Positions 37,664-48,571 of a stretch of 64,000 nt of DNA are shown here, piece after piece. The notes under the pieces are model-generated. The model was not told where the DNA came from. It ran no database searches and was given only the letters and a program-made list of their open reading frames with translations. Within the stretch, counting starts at the first letter, position 1. Every line of letters begins with the position of its first letter. Both the position numbers and the translations under genes were made by a program. Source of the DNA: Patescibacteria group bacterium (lineage in GTDB: Bacteria > Patescibacteriota > Microgenomatia > UBA1400 > PJMF01); assembly GCA_016861205.1 (NCBI GenBank), contig BOKX01000001.1, positions 328,539 to 392,538 of the forward strand, read 5' to 3'.

Positions 37664-38692
37664 TCATTGTACTAAATCTGGCTTAGTCTCGCCTACTGAT
37701 AATCCTAAATGTTGGTAAGCAGCTGGGGTAATGACGCGACCTTTCGGTGTTTTTTGGATAAAGCCGATCTGCAGCAGATATGGCTCCAAAACCTCTTCAA
37801 TTGTACCTGGATCTTCACTAAGGGTGGCCGCAATCGTACTCAACCCCACTGGTCCACCGCGGTGTTTATCAATAATAAGCTCCAAGAATCGACGGTCGTG
37901 ATCGCTCAAACCAGCTTGATCAATCGCGAGCAACCGCAAAGCTTGCTCAACAATGTTTTGATTAATGATCTCAATGGCTTGCACTTGAGCAACATCACGG
38001 ACTCGACGCAACAACTGTAGAGCAATCCGCGGTGTACCTCTGGCACGCTGGGCAATCAGGTCTGCGCTGGTAGTATCAAGCTTGATGCTGAGTTTATCGG
38101 CTGCTCGGGCCACAATTTGAGTTAGATCGGCTGGCTGGTAGTGAGTCAATCGGTGCGTCATCCCAAACCGGTCACGAAACGGACCGGCCAACGTGCCAAA
38201 CCGTGTCGTCGCGCCCACCAGGGTAAAGGGCGGGATGTCGAGCCGCACTGTTCGGGCCGACGGACCTTTTCCGATCACAATATCGAGGGCGAAGTCTTCC
38301 ATGACTGGATAGAGGGTTTCTTCGACTGCCTTGGGCAGACGATGAATCTCATCGATAAACAAAACGTCCCCTGGCTCCAGATTTGTAAGAATGGCGGCTA
38401 AGTCACCAGCCTTGGCTAGGGCAGTCCCTGAGGTCAATCGCACGTTCACACCCAGCTCTTTAGCAATCAAGTGCGATAAGGTGGTCTTACCTAAACCTGG
38501 CGGTCCATAGAGTAATGTGTGGTCGAGCGGTTCATGTCGTTGCTTGGCGGCTTCAATGGCAATCTGGAGGGACTGTTTGATGGCTGGCTGGCCGATAAAC
38601 TCATCCCAAGCCGCTGCCCGAAGTGAAACCAAGACAGGATCTTCATCAGTCGGAGAAGTGATAGTTACGGTGGGGTCAAATGCGTCGGTCAT
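37664..38692 (-). CDS. ruvB: Holliday junction branch migration helicase RuvB
   Basis: [31 protein letters not shown]. Confidence 0.98.
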   Translation of the reverse strand: MTDAFDPTVTITSPTDEDPVLVSLRAAAWDEFIGQPAIKQSLQIAIEAAKQRHEPLDHTLLYGPPGLGKTTLSHLIAKELGVNVRLTSGTALAKAGDLAAILTNLEPGDVLFIDEIHRLPKAVEETLYPVMEDFALDIVIGKGPSARTVRLDIPPFTLVGATTRFGTLAGPFRDRFGMTHRLTHYQPADLTQIVARAADKLSIKLDTTSADLIAQRARGTPRIALQLLRRVRDVAQVQAIEIINQNIVEQALRLLAIDQAGLSDHDRRFLELIIDKHRGGPVGLSTIAATLSEDPGTIEEVLEPYLLQIGFIQKTPKGRVITPAAYQHLGLSVGETKPDLVQ

Positions 38693-38708
38693 ATCTTGTC
38701 CGAATGGT

Positions 38709-39281
38709 CTAGCGAGGTTTACCTAGTAACTTCATAGCCTGTTTTAACAGCACTTTCAACTCAGAACTCTCTTTGGGTAACTCAGGAAGAACCTGGTAGA
38801 TCTCAGCCTCATCAAATCCCAGTGACTGCAAGGCAGCTACTAGATCTTGTTCGAGTTGCGAACGAGGACCAAGCGATAACTCTTGTAAACTACCCAGTTT
38901 CCCCTTTAGTTCAATAATAATTTTCTGGGCGAGCTTTGTACCAACTCGCGGAATTGAGGTAAAGTACTTAACATCGGCAGTTTGCACGGCTTGCACCAAT
39001 GACTCTGCCCCCCGATCAATAATCGTTAAAGCAATGCGTGGGCCGACGCCTGAGACATCTAGAAGTAACTCAAAAACTTCTTTTTCCCGATACGTCCCAA
39101 AACCAAATAAACTCAGCTGATCTTCTCGGACATGCGTGTGAATAAATAGCTCGGCTTCTTCCAGACTACCCAGTCGCTGGGCCGTGGAAGTACCGACTTC
39201 CACACCATAACCTACACCATGAACCACCAGGATAAAGTGTTGACCGATTAACTGTGGGCGACCTTTTAACCAAGCAATCAT
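38709..39281 (-). CDS. ruvA: Holliday junction DNA-binding protein RuvA (start set to ATG 39281)
   Basis: [40 protein letters not shown]. Confidence 0.95.
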   Translation of the reverse strand: MIAWLKGRPQLIGQHFILVVHGVGYGVEVGTSTAQRLGSLEEAELFIHTHVREDQLSLFGFGTYREKEVFELLLDVSGVGPRIALTIIDRGAESLVQAVQTADVKYFTSIPRVGTKLAQKIIIELKGKLGSLQELSLGPRSQLEQDLVAALQSLGFDEAEIYQVLPELPKESSELKVLLKQAMKLLGKPR

Positions 39282-39335
39282 AGAATTGTAATTTCGTGTT
39301 TTTTGATCAGAAGTTCGGTGTTCTTTCGCCACCAA

Positions 39336-39836
39336 CTATACACGCTTTGGCCAGCGAACTGAAGCGGCGTGTGTAATCAGAAGTGCCAGTGCATCAAGAG
39401 TGTCGTCGAGCAGCTTGGCGGGGGGCAGCTGTTTACCCAGTTGGAGGCGAACCATTTTTTCGACTTGTGTTTTGGTCGCTTTACCATGACCGGCAGCCGC
39501 TAACTTGACGCTACCAGGATTGTACTCGTAGATCAGACAACCCTGCTGTGTAGCACAGGTTTTAAGAGCCCCGCGCACCTCAGCTACTGCCAACGCTGTA
39601 GTCTGGTTCTTGCTAAAAATGAGGGTCTCCAAGACAACCATTTCTGGTGCCAATTTCGTCATTAACTGCTCGACAGCCATAACCAGCTCACCCAACCGCT
39701 CATTAAAGCTGAGCTGCTTCTGCGTGGTAATACACCCCCAACCAAGAAGCTTGAGCTGGCCACCTTCAACTTCAGCTCCAGCCCAACCTAACCGATCGTA
39801 ACCTGGATCAAATGCCACTATGCGATGTTTTGCCAT
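39336..39836 (-). CDS. ruvC: Crossover junction endodeoxyribonuclease RuvC (start set to ATG 39836)
   Basis: FDPGYDRLG, LE..F..N, EVRG, GKATK.QV..MV, DDTLDALAL. Confidence 0.95.
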   Translation of the reverse strand: MAKHRIVAFDPGYDRLGWAGAEVEGGQLKLLGWGCITTQKQLSFNERLGELVMAVEQLMTKLAPEMVVLETLIFSKNQTTALAVAEVRGALKTCATQQGCLIYEYNPGSVKLAAAGHGKATKTQVEKMVRLQLGKQLPPAKLLDDTLDALALLITHAASVRWPKRV

Positions 39837-39841
39837 ATTAG

Positions 39842-40714
39842 TTACCAACTCCACCAGGGACGCTCTTGAGGAGACTCAATTCGAAAACCCAAGGGATAGT
39901 ATTCTGGCTGAAAAATCACTTTTTCAAACTGAGTCTTGATCACCCAACGGTAGTGTCCTGTCGACTCATCATAGCTGTACTCCATCGGGGCACAACTTGT
40001 AATTTGTCGGAACAACTTGGGGTTAAAAGCCTTCAGTTGGGACAAGTTACGAGGACACAAACTAGGGTCATCTGACTCGACACACAAAGCCTTGAGGTGT
40101 GCATTAAAATGATGATACTGTCGAACTTGATCTTCGCATCGCATAAGTAGCAAAAATCCACCCACCGCGGTTAAAACTGAGATCGTGAAACTCAGACCCA
40201 ATAAGGCGAGTGACCAGTTTAGCCAAATCCGAACTTTCGCCCAAGTGTGTCGCGAAGCCAACCTAATCATCAACACCCCACCCAGGACAATCAAGGGAAA
40301 AGAAATCAAGAGCGCCAGCGGCACAAAGTACAGTACGATGCTGACTGGCCAAAAAGCAGTTGCTATGTCTGAAGGCGCCACGACCTCTGACCACCGTCCC
40401 GCTAGATAACCCAGGGCCAACCAAACTGGTCGAGTAGCCACATAGAGACCATGTATCAGCCAATACCAAGGATGGTCAGCTTCGGCACTCGATACTTCTA
40501 GTAACCAAATACTGGTCAGAGCCAAGATGGTAGGCCAGATTCCAAAGACTACTGCCACTAAGCCTAACCCTCGATTTTTGAGTTTGGCAGCTGGTTTTTG
40601 CCCCGCATTGATGCGCATCGCCACAACCGTCGTGAACACCGAGCTACATACAATTACCACAGCAACGACACCCCAAATCCCGCTCTGATACAGCCAGCCG
40701 AGTGGAGTCATCAT
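39842..40714 (-). CDS. Hypothetical polytopic membrane protein
   Basis: Several hydrophobic segments and a C-terminal soluble domain with 4 Cys; overlaps the upstream GT4 stop. Confidence 0.7.
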   Translation of the reverse strand: MMTPLGWLYQSGIWGVVAVVIVCSSVFTTVVAMRINAGQKPAAKLKNRGLGLVAVVFGIWPTILALTSIWLLEVSSAEADHPWYWLIHGLYVATRPVWLALGYLAGRWSEVVAPSDIATAFWPVSIVLYFVPLALLISFPLIVLGGVLMIRLASRHTWAKVRIWLNWSLALLGLSFTISVLTAVGGFLLLMRCEDQVRQYHHFNAHLKALCVESDDPSLCPRNLSQLKAFNPKLFRQITSCAPMEYSYDESTGHYRWVIKTQFEKVIFQPEYYPLGFRIESPQERPWWSW

Positions 40715-41874
40715 GATTTTTTGGCTGAGGTAGCCACCTCCTCAAGTGTTTGCAGTACTACAGCTGCACTGCTTGACCAATCAAACTTTCTCAGCTGCTG
40801 CCGGGCTAGTCGTTGCAACCGCAGTCTCTCGCTTGCTCGCAAAGTAACAGCCTGATATAAGCCTCGAGCAATATCGTTAATGTCTAGGGGATCAACCAGT
40901 ATCCCTGCCTGCCCCACCACTTCAGGTAAACTGGTGGTATTGGACACCACTGGGACTGTACCAAACTGCATTGCCTCAAGGGGTGGCATCCCAAACCCCT
41001 CATACAAACCAACTAACACACTGGCGGTGGCTGTTTGGTACAGGGCTGCCTTAGCTTGATCATCGATAAAACCTGGTAGCACAATCCGCGACCGGTATGG
41101 TGACTCATTAATCCTGGCTAAGATACCATCTGCCAACCAACCAACCTTGCCTGCTATTACTAGTTGTAGCTGCGGCTGGCTGGAACGTCCTACTTCATGG
41201 TCTAGTCGAGTCGCCAACTTTTCAAAAGCCGCCACGAGCCGCTCCAAGTTCTTACGCGGCTGCAAAGTTCCGACATAGAGAAGGTATGGACCAGTAATCC
41301 CCATAGCCTTCAAAATTGCTTTTGATCTCGTGAGTGGGACCTTAGCTACCTGACTTGTGGTGGCTGGGTAGGCCACAACCACTTCTTTGGCCCGGCGACG
41401 ATACTGTTTCACCACGTCCTTTTTGGTCGCCTGACTAATCGCAACGACTCTTTGGGCATGGCGAACACTGTATGCCGTCCAGTGTTTCAGTTGAATATAG
41501 TCGCGCCGTTTAAATTGGGTCGGGAACTCCAAGAAAGCCAGATCCATCACCGAAGAAACATAGGGCACCACTGACAGTCTTGGTGCATAGTGACCCGGCG
41601 TGAAAAGCACATCGTACCGAGGAGCGTGTGTGAAAAGATGCCAGGGCAAAGCCAACTGTGTCCAAAGTGGATGTGGACCTACAACCTCGTACTGCCAGTT
41701 TGGTCCGGGTTGAGGCAGATCAGATTGGGGAGTATCTGCCAGCAACACGGTCACTTCAATATCTGGCCGGTGACGAGTTAGTTGGGCCAAAGCTGAAATG
41801 AGCTGGTACGCATACACATTGCTACCAACACGGTTTGAGACATTGGCTTCGTTGCCATCAATTGCAATCCGCAT
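40711..41874 (-). CDS. GT4 glycosyltransferase (start set to ATG 41874)
   Basis: MRIAIDG, GTLQPRKN, YEGFGMPPLEAM. Confidence 0.92.
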   Translation of the reverse strand: MRIAIDGNEANVSNRVGSNVYAYQLISALAQLTRHRPDIEVTVLLADTPQSDLPQPGPNWQYEVVGPHPLWTQLALPWHLFTHAPRYDVLFTPGHYAPRLSVVPYVSSVMDLAFLEFPTQFKRRDYIQLKHWTAYSVRHAQRVVAISQATKKDVVKQYRRRAKEVVVAYPATTSQVAKVPLTRSKAILKAMGITGPYLLYVGTLQPRKNLERLVAAFEKLATRLDHEVGRSSQPQLQLVIAGKVGWLADGILARINESPYRSRIVLPGFIDDQAKAALYQTATASVLVGLYEGFGMPPLEAMQFGTVPVVSNTTSLPEVVGQAGILVDPLDINDIARGLYQAVTLRASERLRLQRLARQQLRKFDWSSSAAVVLQTLEEVATSAKKS

Positions 41875-41878
41875 AGTT

Positions 41879-43018
41879 TTATCTTCCGCCAGCTGCTTGA
41901 TGATAAACTCGGGTGGTTTCCAAGGCCACTCGGTTCCAGTCAAATAAATGTAACCTAACAATCATTTGTTGTGCCCGGCGTTGCTGGGCTGTGGGTGACT
42001 CACTCAAAATTGCCTTGAGTCCATCACGGATACTCTCGACGGATTCGGGGTTAACTAGTACAGCCGCATTGCCAGCTACTTCAGGCAAACTGGATACGTT
42101 GGAAGTGACTACGGGCGTACCATGATGGAAAGCTTCCAAAATAGGCAAGCCAAAGCCCTCGTACAATGACGGATAAGCAAAAGCCTCAGCCTGACTATAG
42201 AGCACTGCCAGTTCCTGATCTGTGACCTTACCCAGCAACCGCAACTGACCTTTACTTTCAGCTAGCCACTTGTCACTGTCATCCCAGCCAGCTGCACCAG
42301 CAATCAACAGTTGGTACTCTTTAGCCAAAGGTAGCCAAGCTTTAATCAGTCGATCCATGTTTTTGCGCGGCTCCCGAGTCCCAACAGCCAAAATGTACGG
42401 TCGATCGAGTTTGAGCCGATGGACCACTGCTGCTTCGACCTCCTCAGTGATGCTTTGGCTAGCCGCTACAACTTCTTGAGGTAAAGCCTCGTGAATCACG
42501 GTAATCTGCTCACTCGGGATATCGAGATACTCCATGATGTCAAGCTTGGTAGCTCGACTAACAGCAATAATGTGCGCACGACGCGCTTTGAGTGTTTTCC
42601 AAGCTCGTTGGTGATGAGCTAAGATCTCGGGATGGGCTGTCTCGGGAAACTTTAACATCGCCAAATCATGGATTGTCGAAACCAGCGGCAGATCCTCATC
42701 GGGTGGCTGCACCCAGTCCCAGCTGTGAAAAACCTGCAGCCTGGGCCAGAAACTCCGTACCGAGTTCAAGGTGGTGTGTGACCACAACCAGCTCAAAGCC
42801 CGTGGTGGCAACGACTGAATATGGCTGGCGGCTGGTTTAAGCTCTGATACCAAGTTGGTTAGTTTCGATTTTTGCCGCAGCGATGAGCCATAGAGATGGA
42901 CCGCCACATCAGGTTGCTGCCCCAGACATCTCACTAGATTAGTAGTGTATCTAGACACTCCCCGACCGTACACCACTGACGAGATGTCGACACCAACTGC
43001 TAAACGTGTATTGCTCAC
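41879..43018 (-). CDS. GT4 glycosyltransferase
   Basis: GVSRY, TIHDL, GTREPRKN, PSLYEGFGLPILEA. Confidence 0.92.
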   Translation of the reverse strand: MSNTRLAVGVDISSVVYGRGVSRYTTNLVRCLGQQPDVAVHLYGSSLRQKSKLTNLVSELKPAASHIQSLPPRALSWLWSHTTLNSVRSFWPRLQVFHSWDWVQPPDEDLPLVSTIHDLAMLKFPETAHPEILAHHQRAWKTLKARRAHIIAVSRATKLDIMEYLDIPSEQITVIHEALPQEVVAASQSITEEVEAAVVHRLKLDRPYILAVGTREPRKNMDRLIKAWLPLAKEYQLLIAGAAGWDDSDKWLAESKGQLRLLGKVTDQELAVLYSQAEAFAYPSLYEGFGLPILEAFHHGTPVVTSNVSSLPEVAGNAAVLVNPESVESIRDGLKAILSESPTAQQRRAQQMIVRLHLFDWNRVALETTRVYHQAAGGR

Positions 43019-43039
43019 AGGTATCCTTCTAAACTACTG

Positions 43040-44521
43040 TCAGTTACTACTTATTCTGCCACTTGGTTTTGACCAGATTCTGACAAATCCCACACCAGGC
43101 CAGCTACGCAGTTCCACCTCGGTATAACCCAAGCTGCGCAAAACTTGGTTGACTTTCCGCGCTGGATCACTCAAGTCATTCAGGTAGTCAAAGGTCACCA
43201 CATACTCATACTCAGTGACTGGCTTGAGCACCTCAGCTAGATCGGGGACTTGATCAACGTGGAGCTGACCAGTAGCTATGACCGAGTACCCGTCATCATC
43301 ATACCATCGCCAGGGTGCAAAGGCCTCTGGGAAGGCAAACACCGCCACCGTTTTGGTAGCAGGATATCGGCTACGCACCCAAGTCTGAACCGCTCGCCAG
43401 TCTTCGCGTTGATACTGTGGCTGCCGATAGTAGGCCAAGGTTCCCCATACATTTATAACTAGCAACAATCCTAAGCCAAAACTACCCCATTTAACCTTCG
43501 ATTGCGTTCCTAACCAGCCAACCAATAGGTACCAGGCTGGCAGAGAAAATAACACCCGCTTCGGCTGCAAAACTGGAATCACAAACGACACCAGCCAGGC
43601 ACCGAGAATCGGCAACACCAACCACACACTCGCGATAACCACGGGATGATTCCAAGACCAGCGGCCGACTTTCCGCAGCTGCCAGCTGACCACCCCAAAC
43701 CAAGCACCTATCCCGACCAAGCCTGCTATAAACGGCCAGCTCACCTCAACATCCAAGACCCCAAACACAAACTTGGCCACCACCAGTGGCAAGGATTTCA
43801 GCTGCGGCACACTGACAACCGCTGACCAACCAGGCAACTGAGCTTGAACGTCTCCGCCTGCTGCCAGCTGCAAGCTAAAAATTGGCAGCCAGGGCACCAT
43901 CGCTAGAGCCATTCCGACCGCTGTTATGATGCTCGCTCGTCGCCAAGTCGGCCGGCTAAGCCATAGATACCCCAGCTGGGTCGCTAGCAAAAAAGGATAT
44001 AAGTATGAACTGTACATACCAGCCACGCCCATCACTCCCCACAGACCCCACCATCGAGCCACTGGCACTCGCGAGGTACTCTGTTTTACTAACCACCACC
44101 AACTCAACATAGCCCAAAAGGTAGGTAGTGAGTACTGACGCAACTCCTGTGAATAAAAAATATGGAACGAGCTGGTAGCCAGCAACCCAGCACTCCACCA
44201 TGCAGCTTTAGGACCCGTTATTTTTTCAGCGATCTTAAAACATAGATAAACGCTCAAGACACCCGGCACCAAGGCTCCCCAGAACCGCAGCCACCACTCA
44301 GCGTGACTCACGTACTGAACTACATGAAGTATCAAGTGCAGTAAGGGTGGTTGGAAATCAGGAATGATTTCAAACTGTTGCCACCAGGGCCGAGAACTCT
44401 CGAGTGCTTGGGCTGCCTCGTCGAGCCAAAATGAGCCAGTCAACAGCGGTAACCGCAGCAACAAACTCAGGCCAACTACCATCAGCCATCCCCACTTCAC
44501 CCAAAAAGACTGTTTGCTCAT
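43040..44521 (-). CDS. GT-C fold glycosyltransferase (PMT_2/ArnT-like; start set to ATG 44521)
   Basis: SFWLDEA, QPPL, YSQELRQY, many TMs, REDWR. Confidence 0.85.
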   Translation of the reverse strand: MSKQSFWVKWGWLMVVGLSLLLRLPLLTGSFWLDEAAQALESSRPWWQQFEIIPDFQPPLLHLILHVVQYVSHAEWWLRFWGALVPGVLSVYLCFKIAEKITGPKAAWWSAGLLATSSFHIFYSQELRQYSLPTFWAMLSWWWLVKQSTSRVPVARWWGLWGVMGVAGMYSSYLYPFLLATQLGYLWLSRPTWRRASIITAVGMALAMVPWLPIFSLQLAAGGDVQAQLPGWSAVVSVPQLKSLPLVVAKFVFGVLDVEVSWPFIAGLVGIGAWFGVVSWQLRKVGRWSWNHPVVIASVWLVLPILGAWLVSFVIPVLQPKRVLFSLPAWYLLVGWLGTQSKVKWGSFGLGLLLVINVWGTLAYYRQPQYQREDWRAVQTWVRSRYPATKTVAVFAFPEAFAPWRWYDDDGYSVIATGQLHVDQVPDLAEVLKPVTEYEYVVTFDYLNDLSDPARKVNQVLRSLGYTEVELRSWPGVGFVRIWSKPSGRISSN

Positions 44522-44613
44522 AGTCAGTAACCAATTACAATCATGGTATAGTAACAACTATCTCGTGCGATAGTTTAGTATATACAGGTTGCGCCTGTCC
44601 CTGAAAGTAGAGT

Positions 44614-45594
44614 ATGTCATCAGGAACTGTCATTATTACCGGAGCCGCTGGCTTTGTTGGGTCACACTTAACTGATCGTTTTCTATCTGACGGCTGGCGT
44701 GTCGTGGGGGTCGATAACTTGATCACTGGTCGCGATGAAAACCTCGCCCACCTTCAGGGAAATCCCAGCTTTACACTCATTAAGGCAGATGCGAGCCAAG
44801 ATCCAGCCGGCTACCTCCCCGCTGACGTGCAACCCGACTTGGTTCTCCATTTCGCTTCTCCGGCCAGTCCACCTGTTTACCAAGCCCATCCCGTTGAGAC
44901 GTATCTTGTTAACAGTCTTGGCACTCATTTCTGGCTGGAGTGGCTTCGCGAAGCTCATCCTCAAGCCCGGTTTGTGTTTGCCAGTACCTCTGAAGTGTAT
45001 GGGGATCCTGAAGTCCATCCCCAAGTTGAGTCATACTGGGGCCGGGTCAATCCGAATGGTCTTCGATCATGTTATGACGAGAGTAAACGGCTTGGGGAAA
45101 CCATTTGTGGCGTCCACCAACGTGACTTCGGCATGGATGTGCGAATCGTTCGCATTTTCAATACCTATGGCCCCCGAATGAATCCAGCCGATGGCCGGGT
45201 GATCCCTGATTTCATCGCTCACATTCTTAAAAATGAACCAGTGGTCATTCATGGAACTGGTGACCAAACTCGATCGTATTGTTATGTGTCTGACTTGGTA
45301 GATGGCATCGTGGCATTAGCGACCCAAGAGGGACATAGTGGTCTGACAGTGAACCTCGGCAACCCCGAGGAGTTCACCATCAATGAAACCGCTCAAATCA
45401 CATTTGAAGTGGCCAAGGAGTTAGGACTGACTATCTCGGATACACTCCAAACCACCTTCAAACCACTCCCAAGTGACGACCCGACCCGGCGGCAACCTGA
45501 TATAACATGTGCCCGCCAAAAACTAGACTGGTTTCCGACCGTTTCGTTCCGAACTGGTTTGCGAAAAACTATCGGGGCATGGCACTCTCAGTAG
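44614..45594 (+). CDS. UDP-glucuronate decarboxylase-like NAD-dependent epimerase/dehydratase
   Basis: TGAAGFVG, HFASPASP, ASTSEVYGDP, RSCYDESKR, RIFNTYGPRM, DDPTRRQPD. Confidence 0.9.
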   Translation: MSSGTVIITGAAGFVGSHLTDRFLSDGWRVVGVDNLITGRDENLAHLQGNPSFTLIKADASQDPAGYLPADVQPDLVLHFASPASPPVYQAHPVETYLVNSLGTHFWLEWLREAHPQARFVFASTSEVYGDPEVHPQVESYWGRVNPNGLRSCYDESKRLGETICGVHQRDFGMDVRIVRIFNTYGPRMNPADGRVIPDFIAHILKNEPVVIHGTGDQTRSYCYVSDLVDGIVALATQEGHSGLTVNLGNPEEFTINETAQITFEVAKELGLTISDTLQTTFKPLPSDDPTRRQPDITCARQKLDWFPTVSFRTGLRKTIGAWHSQ

Positions 45595-47179
45595 CCAACT
45601 TGAGCAAATACACGTCACACACATGATCACATCCTTCGGATACTGGTACAAAAATAAAAGTTGATTTGTACCGTTCGTAATCACGGATTACTTGCTGCGC
45701 ATGGGTAATATAGGCATTACTAATATACAGCTCTTTGCCTTCGGCAACCCACGCTGCATAACCCTGAATTAAATCTGAATACATTATGTCATCACCCCAG
45801 ATGTATTCTCCCTTCTGCAAAAACTCTTGAGCTGTAGATAGTGGTACCACCCGATAGGCACCCACTTGATACGCATCAACTAAGAAAGGTGGTAAAGCTG
45901 TAATCAGTATGGCAGTAGGTTTATTCGTGAAAACCTGATTGAAGTGCTGAATGGATTCAAACTGCCAGGCTCGTGAGCGGTGCAACACGTTGGCGGCTAA
46001 GATTTCTTTAGCCAATCCAACTTGGCTGTTCAGCTGCCCCAATCCAACCACCATTAACCCAATTATTAGGACAACCATTATCTTTCTATGAGATTTTTGT
46101 AGCAGTTGATCGAAAAACCAAGTCACAACTAGACACAATATCGGAATACTGTAGATGATATATCTGGCATCCACCACATAAAAAACTAAGGCTATCGGCC
46201 AGAGTGCCAACCAAACTGCTGCCATCCCCCGCCACGCACCGCGAAGTTTATCGCTCACCAGGAGGCCGTACCCAAAACCTCCCATGGCTAAAACGAAGAA
46301 CAATCCCGAGCTGAACGGATATCGCTGCCACAAGAATTGATTAGCTCCGCCCAAAACTATTGCAAGATATGCGAGACTGTTACCAGGAATATGAGCTAAG
46401 TTGTAAAACTGCCCGCCATGGAGTAACTGGTCAAAAGCCACCTTAAAAAATGCCCCCACCGGCACTTTGGCCACCAGGAAGTAAGTCCAAAAAAGGACCA
46501 CCATGGCGATCATGACACTCACAAAAGCTACCCGAATCCGCTGGGTTTGGGTAAACCAAATGCGCACCATCAGCCACGTTGCTAGGACTCCCACCAAGCT
46601 GATAGCTGCAAACCTGGTCAATAATAATCCGCCGATACCTATGGCTGTCAAAACCAGCTGCTTCAAGCTTGGCTTAGGCACCACCAAACCATAAAGTGAC
46701 AACAAGAAGAGGGGAACAGCTATATTTTCTGACATCGGGAGGGTCGGCAGCCACCAGATGAAAGCATGACTAGCTAAACACACAACCACCAAACTCGGTG
46801 CCCACCAGTGTTTGGTGGTCACCCGTGCAATCAGCCACATCAGCCCAAAGCTGGTCAAGCCTAACATGGTGTTGACTATCACAAACGAACTAGGTGACTT
46901 ATTGATCAGATAGCCCAAGCTCAAAACTACCGCATATAAAGGCGGCACCCAGAGTCGGACAGTCTCACCTAAATACTCGAGCTGTAATCCCCTGCCCATG
47001 ACTGCATTGCGGGCAGACAACGTATACAGCAACCCATCTGGATATGGTTCTAGATTGAATAAAAAATGATGTGTCGAAACTATGCTAAGAAGTGAAACTA
47101 CCAAAAAACTGATTAGAACTAGCCCGAGGACCCCATACGTTTTTAACCAGTCCAAGTTATGTCGCATGAACACTCTCAT
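45569..47179 (-). CDS. Polytopic membrane protein, probable GT-C glycosyltransferase
   Basis: About 11-12 TMs; acidic first loop EPYPDG, PPLY, MSEN, DARY. Confidence 0.65.
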   Translation of the reverse strand: MRVFMRHNLDWLKTYGVLGLVLISFLVVSLLSIVSTHHFLFNLEPYPDGLLYTLSARNAVMGRGLQLEYLGETVRLWVPPLYAVVLSLGYLINKSPSSFVIVNTMLGLTSFGLMWLIARVTTKHWWAPSLVVVCLASHAFIWWLPTLPMSENIAVPLFLLSLYGLVVPKPSLKQLVLTAIGIGGLLLTRFAAISLVGVLATWLMVRIWFTQTQRIRVAFVSVMIAMVVLFWTYFLVAKVPVGAFFKVAFDQLLHGGQFYNLAHIPGNSLAYLAIVLGGANQFLWQRYPFSSGLFFVLAMGGFGYGLLVSDKLRGAWRGMAAVWLALWPIALVFYVVDARYIIYSIPILCLVVTWFFDQLLQKSHRKIMVVLIIGLMVVGLGQLNSQVGLAKEILAANVLHRSRAWQFESIQHFNQVFTNKPTAILITALPPFLVDAYQVGAYRVVPLSTAQEFLQKGEYIWGDDIMYSDLIQGYAAWVAEGKELYISNAYITHAQQVIRDYERYKSTFIFVPVSEGCDHVCDVYLLKLATESAMPR

Positions 47180-48449
47180 CGGTTAGATGTCGATAGTACC
47201 ACCAAGCAACGACAACCGTACCCAAAAATAAGATACCGCGAGTAACGAGCCTCGTCCAGACGGTGGCTTCAAGCCCATAGATCGGCAAAAACCAGAAATT
47301 TCCCCCAATAGTGAGTGCCAACTGCAGTAAGCCCGAAACTGAAAAATACCATGGGGCTTCAAAACTAAAGAAAACCGCAATAAATGGAATCACAGCAATT
47401 GTTAAAAATGCAGCCCCCAAAAGCCCAACTAAGAGTGGTAAGCCCGGCAAATACTCGGCACCGATGGTCAAAATAATTAGCCACTTGGCACTCACCGCCG
47501 TGACCACAAATCCCAGACAACTAGCTACCACCACAGCCCAAGCTTTCTTGAAGTAGCTTCGTAAATGAGCTTTGCTGTGATACTTTGCCACTCGGGCATT
47601 CAGTACATTTCCCAGTGAGTAGGCAATCAAAGTAAACAGCATTGCAATTCTGGAGGCACCGCTTAACAAGCCTGCTTCATATGTTGAAAGGTAACCTTGA
47701 ACAAATAATACATCCAAATTTTCAACCAAGCCGGCTGCAATAAACGCCACCGCAGAGTGACTGGCCATGCTTCTGATCAGCTGACGTTCAGCCTTAAACT
47801 CACCCTGTACTGAAAACGTTACCCAAACAGGCAAAAACCGTCGCCAAATGAGTACTGGCAGTAAGGGCGCTACCAAATACCAAACAAGGAAACCACTCGT
47901 CGTAGTCAACGACGTGATTGTCAATACCACGATGCCAATCAGTTTGGCAGTTGCTTGCATTACATTAATCACCACTAGCTTAGAAAAAAGGTGGAGAGAC
48001 TGTAACATAGCCTGCAGATGCTCATAGAGTACCGCGCAGCTACTGAGTATAAATGCCAACAACACGATCGTCGGCGAATCGAAGTTTAACCAACTGCTGA
48101 TAAATCGGTGTGCGAATAACCCTACCACAGCTACCACTAGAATCGCGCCAAACTTTAATCGAGTTGTATACGAAAATAACCGGTTAATACCCACCCGATC
48201 ATTACTCCGAGCACCATATTTTTGAACGGCATTACTCAAACCAAGATCAGTCACCCGATTTAAAATCAAAGCCAGAGAAAATCCAATACTGAACTCACCA
48301 AATTTTTCGGGACCCAAAATTCGAGAGACCAAAATCATCGCTAGAGCTGAGATACTCATGGAAACGGTATTCCCAATTAGCACACCCGCGCTTTGTCGCA
48401 ACCCTTTTGATTGGCTCAAGGTTGCCAGACGACGTAACGGTGAATTCAT
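47157..48449 (-). CDS. wzx: Wzx-type polysaccharide flippase
   Basis: RILGPEKFGEF, DLGL, LDVLFV..LS..EAG; about 12 TMs. Confidence 0.85.
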   Translation of the reverse strand: MNSPLRRLATLSQSKGLRQSAGVLIGNTVSMSISALAMILVSRILGPEKFGEFSIGFSLALILNRVTDLGLSNAVQKYGARSNDRVGINRLFSYTTRLKFGAILVVAVVGLFAHRFISSWLNFDSPTIVLLAFILSSCAVLYEHLQAMLQSLHLFSKLVVINVMQATAKLIGIVVLTITSLTTTSGFLVWYLVAPLLPVLIWRRFLPVWVTFSVQGEFKAERQLIRSMASHSAVAFIAAGLVENLDVLFVQGYLSTYEAGLLSGASRIAMLFTLIAYSLGNVLNARVAKYHSKAHLRSYFKKAWAVVVASCLGFVVTAVSAKWLIILTIGAEYLPGLPLLVGLLGAAFLTIAVIPFIAVFFSFEAPWYFSVSGLLQLALTIGGNFWFLPIYGLEATVWTRLVTRGILFLGTVVVAWWYYRHLTDESVHAT

Positions 48450-48571
48450 ACCCTTAGTATAGCAACAACTTTGCTACCAAACAGGTCAAGATATCAACGA
48501 GCTACCCATCAATCCGTTCACGCTCCTTATTGCCCACCACATTCTGTGTTAGTATTGGTGCAGAAAGATCT

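Noticed and set aside
45569-45594. Convergent 3' overlaps here and at 59318-59349
   Set aside because: Short tail-to-tail overlaps are common in compact genomes; nothing suggests a function.
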